A stretch of 64,000 nt of DNA from an uncultured Rickettsiales bacterium (GTDB lineage Bacteria > Pseudomonadota > Alphaproteobacteria > Rickettsiales > CAZNNM01). Each line of letters begins with the position of its first letter. The stretch's first letter is position 1. The translations under genes were made by a program, and so were the position numbers. Below are positions 20,281 to 28,684 of this stretch, piece by piece. The notes beneath the pieces were generated by a model. That model saw only the letters and a program-made list of their open reading frames with translations, searched no databases and was not told the DNA's origin. Where the stretch lies: NCBI GenBank assembly GCA_964574415.1, contig CAZNNM010000005.1, positions 130,132-194,131 on the forward strand, given 5' to 3'.

Positions 20281-22168
20281 GGAACTTAAACGGGGCCGTA
20301 TCTTTGCCCGCCGCTCTTTTGTATTAGCAGGCCTCAAAGCCGCCATGATGACTGCCCTGGCAGGGCGTTTGTTTTATCTGCAAGTATCGCTCTCTGACCA
20401 ATATAAAACCATGTCAGATAGTAACCGCATCAAACTCTTCCTCATCCCGCCTGTACGCGGCATGATCGTAGACCGGTTCGGCCAGCCGCTGGCCACCAAT
20501 AAAATCCATTACCGGATTTTGCTTGATCCTACCGAAGCTAAAAATGCAGAAGCAACCTTCTTAAAGCTTTCCGATATTCTCAATATCCAAGCCGCCAAAA
20601 AAGAATTCCTCCTCGCCCGCATCCGCAAACACCAAGGCCGCCGCCCTATTTTGCTGCATGAACATCTCACCTGGGATGAAGTAGCGCTTGCAGAAGTCAA
20701 TACGCCTGACCTACCAGGCGTCTATGTTGAAGCCGGACAAATGCGCTATTACCCCAAAGCCGAAATCTGCTCCCATGCCATTGGCTATGTATCTGCCGTC
20801 TCCGAGCAAGAAGCCATCAAAGATGACCCACTACTCAACCATCCCGATTTCAAAATCGGCAAGAGCGGTGTAGAGAAAGCGTTTGAAGATGTGCTACGCG
20901 GCGAAGCCGGTGTGCGCCGGATGGAAGTAAACGCCCATGGTCTCACTGTACAAGAACTCTCCCGCATCAACAGCACACCCGGCAAAACCTTGCCGATTAC
21001 ACTTGATCTGCGCCTGCAAGAATTCGTCACCCAACGTCTTATCGATCATCGCAGCGCGACATCGGTTGTGCTTGATGCTTACACAGGCGGTGTCTTGGCC
21101 TATGGTTCCGTGCCTGCGTTTAATCCTAATAATTTTGTGGAAGGTATTTCATCTGCCTATTGGAGTACGCTTACCAAAAACCCAGATCTGCCCTTGGTTA
21201 ATAAACCCATTGCACAAATGTACCCACCTGGCTCAACCTTCAAACCGGTTGTAGCATTGGCGGCGCTAATGCAAGGCATTAACCCTGAAGACAGTGTATA
21301 CTGCCCAGGCTATTTCGATTTAGGCCGCCGCCGGGTGCGTTGCTGGCGTGAAGGCGGGCATGGTGTGGTGAATATGCGTGGTGCAATTATGCATTCATGC
21401 AATGTCTATTTCTTCCATATGGGACGCCGCATCGGCATTGACCCTATTTCTACTATGTCCAACCGCTTTGGCTTAGGCGTGCTTTCTGGCGTGGAGATTC
21501 CTGGCGAAAAAGCTGGCCTTATCCCTACCCCAAGCTGGAAAAAAACCCGTCATGGTATTGACTGGCAATTAGGGGACACGATTAACACCGCCATCGGCCA
21601 GGGTTTCGTGCTTTCCACAGCCATGCAGCTTGCCGTAATGGCTGCACGTATTGCCAGCCGTGGCAAAGTCATTATCCCGCATTTTGAACTCAGCCCAGAG
21701 AAAGAATTGTCACCGAGCTGGGAACAAATGGATATCCCACAGCGCTATTTCGATGTGGTCATTGACGGTATGCGCAATGTGATGAATACACCAGGAGGCA
21801 CAGCCTATGGCAGCCGCATCCTCAACCCACGCTGGGCCATGGCTGGGAAAACAGGGACAGCGCAAGTTATCTCCAAAAAACGCCTGGCAGGCGATTATGC
21901 CAGTGCAAAACTCTGGGAGAACCAGAACCATGGCCTCTTTATCGGCTTTGCACCGCTGGATAATCCACGTTATGCAATTTCCGTCATCGTTGACCATGGC
22001 GGTAGCGGCTCTGGTGCGGCCGCACCTATTGCACGTGATATCATGACCAAAGCGCAGGAACTGGAATCCGCACGTTATATCATGCCATCGCAACACCCAG
22101 CTTCGACCGATATACCTGGCATCAGTGTGGAAACCATTACCAAGAAAGAAGCGGAGCAAGCAGAATGA
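20270..22168 (+). CDS. mrdA: penicillin-binding protein 2 (elongasome transpeptidase)
   Basis: STFKP (SxxK), HSCNVYF (SxN) and KTGTAQ motifs, with an N-terminal TM anchor. Confidence 0.92.
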   Translation: MARKELKRGRIFARRSFVLAGLKAAMMTALAGRLFYLQVSLSDQYKTMSDSNRIKLFLIPPVRGMIVDRFGQPLATNKIHYRILLDPTEAKNAEATFLKLSDILNIQAAKKEFLLARIRKHQGRRPILLHEHLTWDEVALAEVNTPDLPGVYVEAGQMRYYPKAEICSHAIGYVSAVSEQEAIKDDPLLNHPDFKIGKSGVEKAFEDVLRGEAGVRRMEVNAHGLTVQELSRINSTPGKTLPITLDLRLQEFVTQRLIDHRSATSVVLDAYTGGVLAYGSVPAFNPNNFVEGISSAYWSTLTKNPDLPLVNKPIAQMYPPGSTFKPVVALAALMQGINPEDSVYCPGYFDLGRRRVRCWREGGHGVVNMRGAIMHSCNVYFFHMGRRIGIDPISTMSNRFGLGVLSGVEIPGEKAGLIPTPSWKKTRHGIDWQLGDTINTAIGQGFVLSTAMQLAVMAARIASRGKVIIPHFELSPEKELSPSWEQMDIPQRYFDVVIDGMRNVMNTPGGTAYGSRILNPRWAMAGKTGTAQVISKKRLAGDYASAKLWENQNHGLFIGFAPLDNPRYAISVIVDHGGSGSGAAAPIARDIMTKAQELESARYIMPSQHPASTDIPGISVETITKKEAEQAE

Positions 22169-23292
22169 GCTATAGAGACCGTTTTTCCCTGCGTAAAATT
22201 GGCGACCTGCATTGGGGGCTGATATTCCTGATCACTTGTGTATCCTGCATGGGCTTTGCCATTCTCTATTCCGCCGCACAAGGCAATTGGGAACCCTGGG
22301 CGCTGGCGCAGATCAAACGCTTTTTAGTCTTCTTCCCCATTATGATTGTGATTGCGCTGGTGGATATACGTTTCTGGCTGCGTTATTCCTATGTGTTCTA
22401 TGTCATTGCCCTACTCATGCTCATCGCCGTTGAAATCTCCGGCCATAGGGCGATGGGTGCTACACGCTGGATGCGTATCGGCCCGATCAATATCCAGCCT
22501 TCCGAAGTGATGAAAATCGCCCTTATCTTAGCGCTAGCCCGTTATTTCCACTTCCGTAGCGCAGAAGATGCACGGCGGATTATCTACCTTATCCCACCAC
22601 TCTGCATGATTTTCTTGCCGATATTGCTGATCTTAAAACAGCCAAACTTAGGAACTGCCATGATCTGCCTGCTTATCAGCGGTGCGATTTTCTTTGTGGC
22701 GGGGATCAGGCTATGGAAATTCGGTGTCGTCATTGGTGGCGCCCTTGCCTCAATTCCTATTGCCTGGCAATTTATGCATGAATACCAAAAGAAACGCGTT
22801 CTCACCTTCCTAGACCCAGAGCGCGATCCGCTGGGCGATGGCTATAACATCATCCAATCCAAAATCGCCATCGGCTCCGGCGGCATTACCGGCAAAGGCT
22901 TCCTACATGGCAGCCAAAGCCAGCTTAGCTTTCTGCCGGAACATCAAACCGACTTTATTTTCACCATGTTCGCCGAGGAATTCGGCCTGACGGGTGGCTT
23001 GACGCTCCTAGCGATCTTCACCCTCATGATCACCCTTGGCTATATCATCGCCCTGCGCTGCCATAACCATTACGGCCGCATCGTCGCCACTGGCATCACC
23101 ACTATGTTCTTCGTCCATATTTTCATTAATATTGGTATGAATATGGGGCTATTACCAGTAGTAGGAACACCATTACCCCTACTCTCTTATGGTGGCTCCA
23201 TCATGATGACCATGCTTATTGGCTTCGGCTTCCTCCTCAACTCCCATGTCCATCACCGGATGTATATGAATCGGGGGATTGAGGATGATTAG
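22165..23292 (+). CDS. rodA: SEDS-family peptidoglycan polymerase RodA
   Basis: FtsW/RodA/SpoVE signature: QPSEVMKIALILALA, FLPEHQTDFIF, LPVVGTPLPLLSYGGS. Confidence 0.92.
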   Translation: MSYRDRFSLRKIGDLHWGLIFLITCVSCMGFAILYSAAQGNWEPWALAQIKRFLVFFPIMIVIALVDIRFWLRYSYVFYVIALLMLIAVEISGHRAMGATRWMRIGPINIQPSEVMKIALILALARYFHFRSAEDARRIIYLIPPLCMIFLPILLILKQPNLGTAMICLLISGAIFFVAGIRLWKFGVVIGGALASIPIAWQFMHEYQKKRVLTFLDPERDPLGDGYNIIQSKIAIGSGGITGKGFLHGSQSQLSFLPEHQTDFIFTMFAEEFGLTGGLTLLAIFTLMITLGYIIALRCHNHYGRIVATGITTMFFVHIFINIGMNMGLLPVVGTPLPLLSYGGSIMMTMLIGFGFLLNSHVHHRMYMNRGIEDD

Positions 23293-23350
23293 AGTAGCTG
23301 GATCTGATGTGATCTACGTTACCAGTTAAACCTCTATTACAATATGATGC

Positions 23351-23578
23351 CCGCCATTGCGAGGAACTCGCCTTGTCATTCTTAGACGTGATCAGGATTG
23401 TTGCAAGATTCTAAAATACCCTGTCATCCCAGCGAAAGCTGGGATCCAGTCCTTTTAAACATTAAAGCAAAATATAGCGTTCACTAACGTTCACAAGCAT
23501 TACGCTGGATTCCAGCCTTCGCTGGAATGACGAAAAAGATAGTCAGACAACAACACCGACTTGATCCAAGGATGACCG
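23351..23578. repeat. pile-up of several nested-hairpin repeat units
   Basis: Units at 23351-23411, 23422-23532 (tgtcatcccagcgaaagctgggatccag ... ctggattccagccttcgctggaatgacg) and 23554-23578. Confidence 0.85.
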
Positions 23579-23625
23579 TATAAGTAAATGCGACTATGTC
23601 TAGATAATTGCCTCATCCCCATCAC

Positions 23626-23659
23626 AAAAAAAGCCGCAGACATACTCTGCGGCTTTTTT
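23626..23659. terminator. bidirectional rho-independent terminator (A-run, gccgcag/ctgcggc stem, T-run)
   Basis: Located 22 nt downstream of the dsbA-like stop on the minus strand. It also faces rodA on the plus strand. Confidence 0.75.
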
Positions 23660-23680
23660 ATAATATCGTTGGAAACGAGA

Positions 23681-24334
23681 CTAATCTTTCTTCTTCTCTT
23701 CCTTCTTCGCCGCTGGCTTATCCGCTAACAACTTATCAATCGCTGCCGAAAATGCCTCTACATCATGAGCACTCTCATATTTCTGGCCATTAATGTAGAA
23801 AGTCGGCGTCGCATTCACATCCAGCTCTTTAACGGCGGCTTGTTTCATGCCGAGGATTTTATCGCCCAGTTTTTTATCTTCCATACATTTATCAAATGTA
23901 TCACCACTGATACCGCCTAATTTACCGATATTAGACAGGCGCTCTAAGAAATTCTTATGGAAAGCCCAGTTTTCTTGGGTTTCGAACAATACTTTGGTGA
24001 AGTTGAAATAACGCTTCTGGTCTTTCTCACCTGCGCAATGTGCTAACAGGCTTGCTCTATATGCCGGCTCATTGAGCGGAAAATCGCGGTGAACGAGCTT
24101 TACTTTGCCTTCATCAATATATTTCTTGGTTAACTCTGGCAGTGTGTTCTTGCTGAAATCCGCGCAATGTGGGCACGATAAAGACGAATACTCAATAATG
24201 GTTACCGGTGCCTTAGCATCCCCCAGCACCATATCGCCCTCTTGTTGCTTTAACAGATCACTCGCTGCATGGGCTTGCAGGCTTAATCCTGATAAAAATG
24301 TAACAATGAATAAAACTCGCAACAGTCTGGACAT
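23681..24334 (-). CDS. DsbA-family periplasmic thiol:disulfide oxidoreductase
   Basis: Signal peptide MSRLLRVLFIVTFLSGLSLQAHA, active site SCPHCADF, Lys-rich tail. Confidence 0.8.
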   Translation of the reverse strand: MSRLLRVLFIVTFLSGLSLQAHAASDLLKQQEGDMVLGDAKAPVTIIEYSSLSCPHCADFSKNTLPELTKKYIDEGKVKLVHRDFPLNEPAYRASLLAHCAGEKDQKRYFNFTKVLFETQENWAFHKNFLERLSNIGKLGGISGDTFDKCMEDKKLGDKILGMKQAAVKELDVNATPTFYINGQKYESAHDVEAFSAAIDKLLADKPAAKKEEKKKD

Positions 24335-24525
24335 AATAACCCCTTCTCTAGCCGTTATAGGTGATATTTTTATAGCATAAAACGGCAAAACACTATAGGT
24401 TTTTTAACATAAACTTAAGATTATAAAGTTACTGTGTATAGCATGGTCATGTTTTATCGCATGCATCCTTCTCCAGAGGGGACAAGGATCACTCTAGTGA
24501 AACGCAAAGAAATGAAGGAATTGTC

Positions 24526-25857
24526 ATGACACAACCACAAAAACTCACTCCAGCCGCTGGTAATCAATCTGTACGCGTTGTTCTGGAAGATGGCAAAGAG
24601 GTGCAGCTTCCTGTGCTTCCTGGCACAGAAGGGCCTGCTGTTATTGATGTGACCAAACTCTATAAAGAGACCGATCATTTCACCTATGACCCAGGTTTTA
24701 TGTCTACCGCAGCCTGCGAATCAAAAATCACCTATATTGATGGCGAAGAAGGTATCTTACGCTACCGTGGCTATGATATTGCTGAACTTGCTGATAAGAG
24801 CAACTTCCTGGAAGTATCCTACCTGCTATTAAACGGCGAATTGCCTGATCATCAACAATTCGATGCCTTCAGTAAGCGCATCAATAAGCACACCATCGTG
24901 CATGAGCAATTGCAATTCCTCTATCGCGGTTTCCCACGCCGTTCGCATCCGATGGCGATTATGGTGGGCGCGGTAGCATCACTTTCGGCCTTCTATCATG
25001 AATGCCTCGATGTAAATAACAAAGAAGAGCGCGAAATGGCGGCCTTCCGTATGATCGCCAAAGTGCCAACCCTGGCTGCAATGGCGCATAAATACTCCAT
25101 CGGCCATCCATTTGTGTATCCCCGCAATGATTTGAGCTATTCGGGTAACTTTTTACGCATGTTATTCTCAAACCCTGCTGAGGATTTTGAATTGAACCCA
25201 GTGCTTGAGAAAGCCATGGATAAAATCCTTATCCTCCATGCCGATCATGAGCAAAATGCGTCCACCTCTACCGTACGCCTGGCCGGCTCATCGGGTGCTA
25301 ACCCATTTGCCTGTATTGGCGCAGGCATAGCTTCGCTCTGGGGCCCTGCCCATGGTGGTGCGAATGAGGCGGTGATTAATATGCTGGCAGAAATCAAAAC
25401 ACCAAACCGCATTCCAGAATTCATCCGCCGTGCGAAAGATAAAGATGATCCATTCCGCTTAATGGGCTTCGGTCACCGCGTATACCGCAATTACGACCCA
25501 CGTGCGACTGTGCTGCGTAAAACCTGCCATGAAGTACTCAAAGAATTGGGTATTACAGATGATCCGCTGCTCGATATCGCACAAGAATTAGAGCATATTG
25601 CGCTTAATGATGACTATTTCATCGAACGCAAGCTTTATCCAAATGTGGATTTTTATTCAGGGATTATCTACAAAGCTATGGGCATTCCAACCCAATTATT
25701 TACCGTGTTGTTCGCTGTGGCTCGTACCGCAGGTTGGGTAGCACAATGGAAAGAAATGCTTGAAGATCCAGCGCAAAAAATTGGCCGTCCACGCCAATTA
25801 TATACCGGCCCACAAAAACGGGAATTTGTGCCGATTCATAAGCGCCAGGATTCCTAA
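24526..25857 (+). CDS. gltA: citrate synthase (type II)
   Basis: [28 protein letters not shown] and [14 protein letters not shown]. Confidence 0.95.
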   Translation: MTQPQKLTPAAGNQSVRVVLEDGKEVQLPVLPGTEGPAVIDVTKLYKETDHFTYDPGFMSTAACESKITYIDGEEGILRYRGYDIAELADKSNFLEVSYLLLNGELPDHQQFDAFSKRINKHTIVHEQLQFLYRGFPRRSHPMAIMVGAVASLSAFYHECLDVNNKEEREMAAFRMIAKVPTLAAMAHKYSIGHPFVYPRNDLSYSGNFLRMLFSNPAEDFELNPVLEKAMDKILILHADHEQNASTSTVRLAGSSGANPFACIGAGIASLWGPAHGGANEAVINMLAEIKTPNRIPEFIRRAKDKDDPFRLMGFGHRVYRNYDPRATVLRKTCHEVLKELGITDDPLLDIAQELEHIALNDDYFIERKLYPNVDFYSGIIYKAMGIPTQLFTVLFAVARTAGWVAQWKEMLEDPAQKIGRPRQLYTGPQKREFVPIHKRQDS

Positions 25858-25964
25858 TCTTTCTTGTGCCATACCCGCCTTGTGTGGGTATGGCATTTTC
25901 TTCTAGTATAACCACCTCATCTATGATAAACGGTTTTTTAAGTTCCCGCTTGTATGATAACCGT

Positions 25965-26603
25965 ATGAAACGCTTTTACGCCATCGTTATACTGATATTA
26001 TGTACCCTAGGCCTTACGCCTTCTGCCTGGGCTGCTTCTGCACTGAATTGCCCTACCACCCCACAAATCGCCACCTCCTTCCCTCCGAAGGAAGCGCTCG
26101 GCACCACCAGCAACCTCGCCCGCCGTACGGGCTCTGCCGTGTTTGCCAAGGGCCAGCTGATCTATATTGAAGGCAAGATCACTGATAGTGGCTGCGTACC
26201 CGTGCAAAACGCTGTGGTCTCTATCTGGCAGGCCAATAGTATGGGCGATATGGTCTATGGTAAAGATATTGCCACCAGCAGCGATAAGGATTTCCTTTAT
26301 ACCGGCCGTGCAACAACCAATAATGCCGGCGAATTCACCTTCCTCACCGTCATGCCAGGCAGCCGGACAGGCGAAACTCCCTTTATCAGCCTCCGCGTTA
26401 ACCACAGCAAGCTTGAGGGCCTAGAGACCAAGATATTCTTCCCAGACAATAATAACCGCAGTGATGCTGATTTCCTGGAACTCATGGATCAAGACCGCCC
26501 ACTCGTCACCGCCATTGCCGCACCAAACAACCAGCCTGGCCAGCCTGTGATTTACTATATGCCACTGGCTTTAAAAGGCAGCGCGCCGTATAGACGATTC
26601 TAA
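25965..26603 (+). CDS. secreted intradiol-dioxygenase-fold protein lacking the His-x-His iron ligands
   Basis: Signal peptide MKRFYAIVILILCTLGLTPSAWA. GKITDSGCVPVQNAVVSIWQANSMG...GRATTNNAGEFTFLTVMPG matches the protocatechuate 3,4-dioxygenase beta-like fold. The RPAHIHF position reads TPFISLR. Confidence 0.65.
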   Translation: MKRFYAIVILILCTLGLTPSAWAASALNCPTTPQIATSFPPKEALGTTSNLARRTGSAVFAKGQLIYIEGKITDSGCVPVQNAVVSIWQANSMGDMVYGKDIATSSDKDFLYTGRATTNNAGEFTFLTVMPGSRTGETPFISLRVNHSKLEGLETKIFFPDNNNRSDADFLELMDQDRPLVTAIAAPNNQPGQPVIYYMPLALKGSAPYRRF

Positions 26604-26858
26604 TTATTCCGATTTATCAGATTCTTGCTTTGAATCGAACCCTAAAAGCGCCTCGATTAGGTCCTCATGCGAATCCGCATGGGAGGCCGCCAGGTTTTGC
26701 TCCAGAATCACATCATAGATTTCTTTACGCAAAACAGTGGAGGTGCGAGGGAAGGTAAAACCAAGCTTGACGGTTTTGCCTTTGATTTCCACAATGGTCA
26801 CTTCAATATTGTTATTAATAACAACAGTTTCACCGAGTTTCCGGGCTAAGTATAACAT
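26604..26858 (-). CDS. csrA: carbon storage regulator CsrA with a long acidic C-terminal tail
   Basis: MLYLARKLGETVVINNNIEVTIVEIKGKTVKLGFTFPRTSTVLRKEIY aligns with CsrA/RsmA. Confidence 0.85.
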   Translation of the reverse strand: MLYLARKLGETVVINNNIEVTIVEIKGKTVKLGFTFPRTSTVLRKEIYDVILEQNLAASHADSHEDLIEALLGFDSKQESDKSE

Positions 26859-27085
26859 GGAAAATTTCCCCTTCTATTCCGATACTAACGCCGCCACCCC
26901 TGCTTGTGCAAGCAGATAATCATTTACCCTGATTTTTTAATGCTATCCTTATATTATGCCGTATAGTCCTTTAACATATATGGCCTTATGGATGACCTCA
27001 TAAAAATAGCCAATCCACAAGGCAATACACGTTAAATAACTGTATAATATCACTGCCTAATTTTTTTATTTGTTCCTATCACAAG

Positions 27086-27114
27086 TTGACTATTGATTTA
27101 GTAAAAAATATAAT
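27086..27114 (+). promoter_or_regulatory. near-consensus sigma-70-type promoter (TTGACT-17 nt-TATAAT)
   Basis: ttgact at 27086-27091, a 17-nt spacer, tataat at 27109-27114. About 150 nt upstream of the ORF at 27265. Confidence 0.45.
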
Positions 27115-27264
27115 ATATAGCTGTACATAAGAATGCATTTTCCCATTTTATTTCGCTTTTTATGCCCAAGTCGCAAAAAAGAGTTGAATTAAGCAGAAAA
27201 TGTTATATATCAGAAGTTGATTCTGGATTTTAGTGTTGACAAAATAAAATAGAGTGTAGTAAAA

Positions 27265-27648
27265 ATGCAGCCTATGAATAATGCCTTAAAGAATTTACCG
27301 ATAAAAGTAAGCGAAGCTGACGAACAAGATGTGATGTCAGACATTCGTTACATTCGCAAATCCTGCTCATTGATCACTGATGCGCTGCAAAAGGGTTGTG
27401 ACGTATTACAAATGCCTAATGGCAATGTAGTGATCACTGAAATCCGCACTGTATCATTCCAATATGAGTGGAACGACTCTAAAGGTCGTTTTGAGAAAGC
27501 CAAATCTGGCAGCCGTCTCAAAAAATTGAGACGCCAACAATCAGAAACAGCGGTTACTGCTGCTCCTGTGCGTGAAGCTGTAGCTGTGAAAAAAGCAAAA
27601 GAGCCTGTAAAAGAAAAAACAGTTGCTCGTGTAAAAGAACCCGCATAA
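27265..27648 (+). CDS. hypothetical small protein with a basic Lys/Ala/Val-rich tail
   Basis: 127-aa ORF followed by a strong terminator. No family recognised. Confidence 0.5.
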   Translation: MQPMNNALKNLPIKVSEADEQDVMSDIRYIRKSCSLITDALQKGCDVLQMPNGNVVITEIRTVSFQYEWNDSKGRFEKAKSGSRLKKLRRQQSETAVTAAPVREAVAVKKAKEPVKEKTVARVKEPA

Positions 27649-27670
27649 CGGTTCTCTTCTTTGTAAATAC

Positions 27671-27704
27671 AAAAAAGCACCGTGCCATTTGCCGGTGCTT
27701 TTTT
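27671..27704 (+). terminator. rho-independent terminator
   Basis: A-run, gcaccg/cggtgc stem extended by A-T pairs, then TTTTTT. Confidence 0.7.
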
Positions 27705-27845
27705 GCTATAAAACTGTGTGATACGATACCATGTTGGAGGGGAGCCGCATGGTAGAGTAGTCACCCCTATATCACATACCCGTAATTATTATTCCCACCC
27801 TGTTACTTTTAAAGCTTTCTTAACCCAAATCCCGTTAAAGTTAAG

Positions 27846-27962
27846 CTAGGTTGTGTCGACATGCATCTTCTATGCGAGCGAGAGGGGTGGATTTTCGAGC
27901 ATCGAAGCACAGAAAATTCGCCTTTTGCAGCCGCATAGAAGATGCATGTCGACACAACCTAG
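27846..27962. repeat. perfect 31-bp inverted repeat separated by 55 nt
   Basis: ctaggttgtgtcgacatgcatcttctatgcg (27846-27876) and its exact reverse complement (27932-27962). No other copy seen in the window. Confidence 0.9.
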
Positions 27963-28012
27963 ATCGGGGCTTATATATTTTTTTATCACAACCCGTCAAT
28001 TAGGACAGCGCT

Positions 28013-28660
28013 ATGACCACAGAACTACAATTGGCTGAACTTTTAAATGCACGCTTTTGCCATGATCTGGCAGGCCCGATTGGTGCTGTGAATAACGGCA
28101 TTGAGTTTCTGGCTGAAGATAATTTCGACATGAAAGAACAAGCCATGGCCCTGGCTGAGGCAAGCGCCAGAGAAGCTGTAGCCCGCCTGCAATTTTTCCG
28201 TCAAGCCTATGGCGCCGTGCCAGAGCAAGGCGAGGCGAATATTGAACATATCAAAGAACTGACCAACAACCTCATGCGTTTTGGCAAAGTAACCCTGGAT
28301 TGGCCTGATCAACATACCAATGCTGCTGGCATCTCCATCGGCCACCGTATGGGCAAGTTGATTATGAATATGGTGATCCTCTGCTCCTCCATGCTAATCC
28401 ATGGCGGCACGGTCTCTATACGCTTAGAAAAACTGCCCGAAGGCCAGAATGTCACCATCACAGGCATGGGCAAAGATATCAAATGCGAGCCCGATTATCT
28501 GGTGATCTTACGCGGAAGCAATGATGCACCGGCTATGGATAAGCGTAATGTGCAGGTATTCTTCACCGCGCGTTTAATCCAACAGCTTGGCGTAAACCTA
28601 TCTGTTAAACAAAATGATAATTCCGTCAGCTTTATGCTAGAGCGCATAAAAGCACTATGA
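28013..28660 (+). CDS. ChpT-like histidine phosphotransferase family protein
   Basis: N-terminal LAELLNARFCHDLAGPIGAVNNGIEFLAED matches the ChpT H-box (CHDLxxPxGAxxNGxELL), and the size is about 215 aa. Lies 24 nt upstream of cheA. Confidence 0.7.
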   Translation: MTTELQLAELLNARFCHDLAGPIGAVNNGIEFLAEDNFDMKEQAMALAEASAREAVARLQFFRQAYGAVPEQGEANIEHIKELTNNLMRFGKVTLDWPDQHTNAAGISIGHRMGKLIMNMVILCSSMLIHGGTVSIRLEKLPEGQNVTITGMGKDIKCEPDYLVILRGSNDAPAMDKRNVQVFFTARLIQQLGVNLSVKQNDNSVSFMLERIKAL

Positions 28661-28684
28661 TGGAGCCACGAAAATGAGGGGATC

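Noticed and set aside
26632-26642. tRNA T-loop-like sequence (minus strand GGGTTCGATTC)
   Set aside because: It lies inside the csrA coding tail. I could not build an acceptor stem, D-arm or anticodon arm around it.
27853-28038. 61-aa ORF spanning the 31-bp inverted repeat
   Set aside because: Its reading frame is dictated by the palindrome, and its 3' end overlaps the ChpT-like start. It is more likely non-coding.
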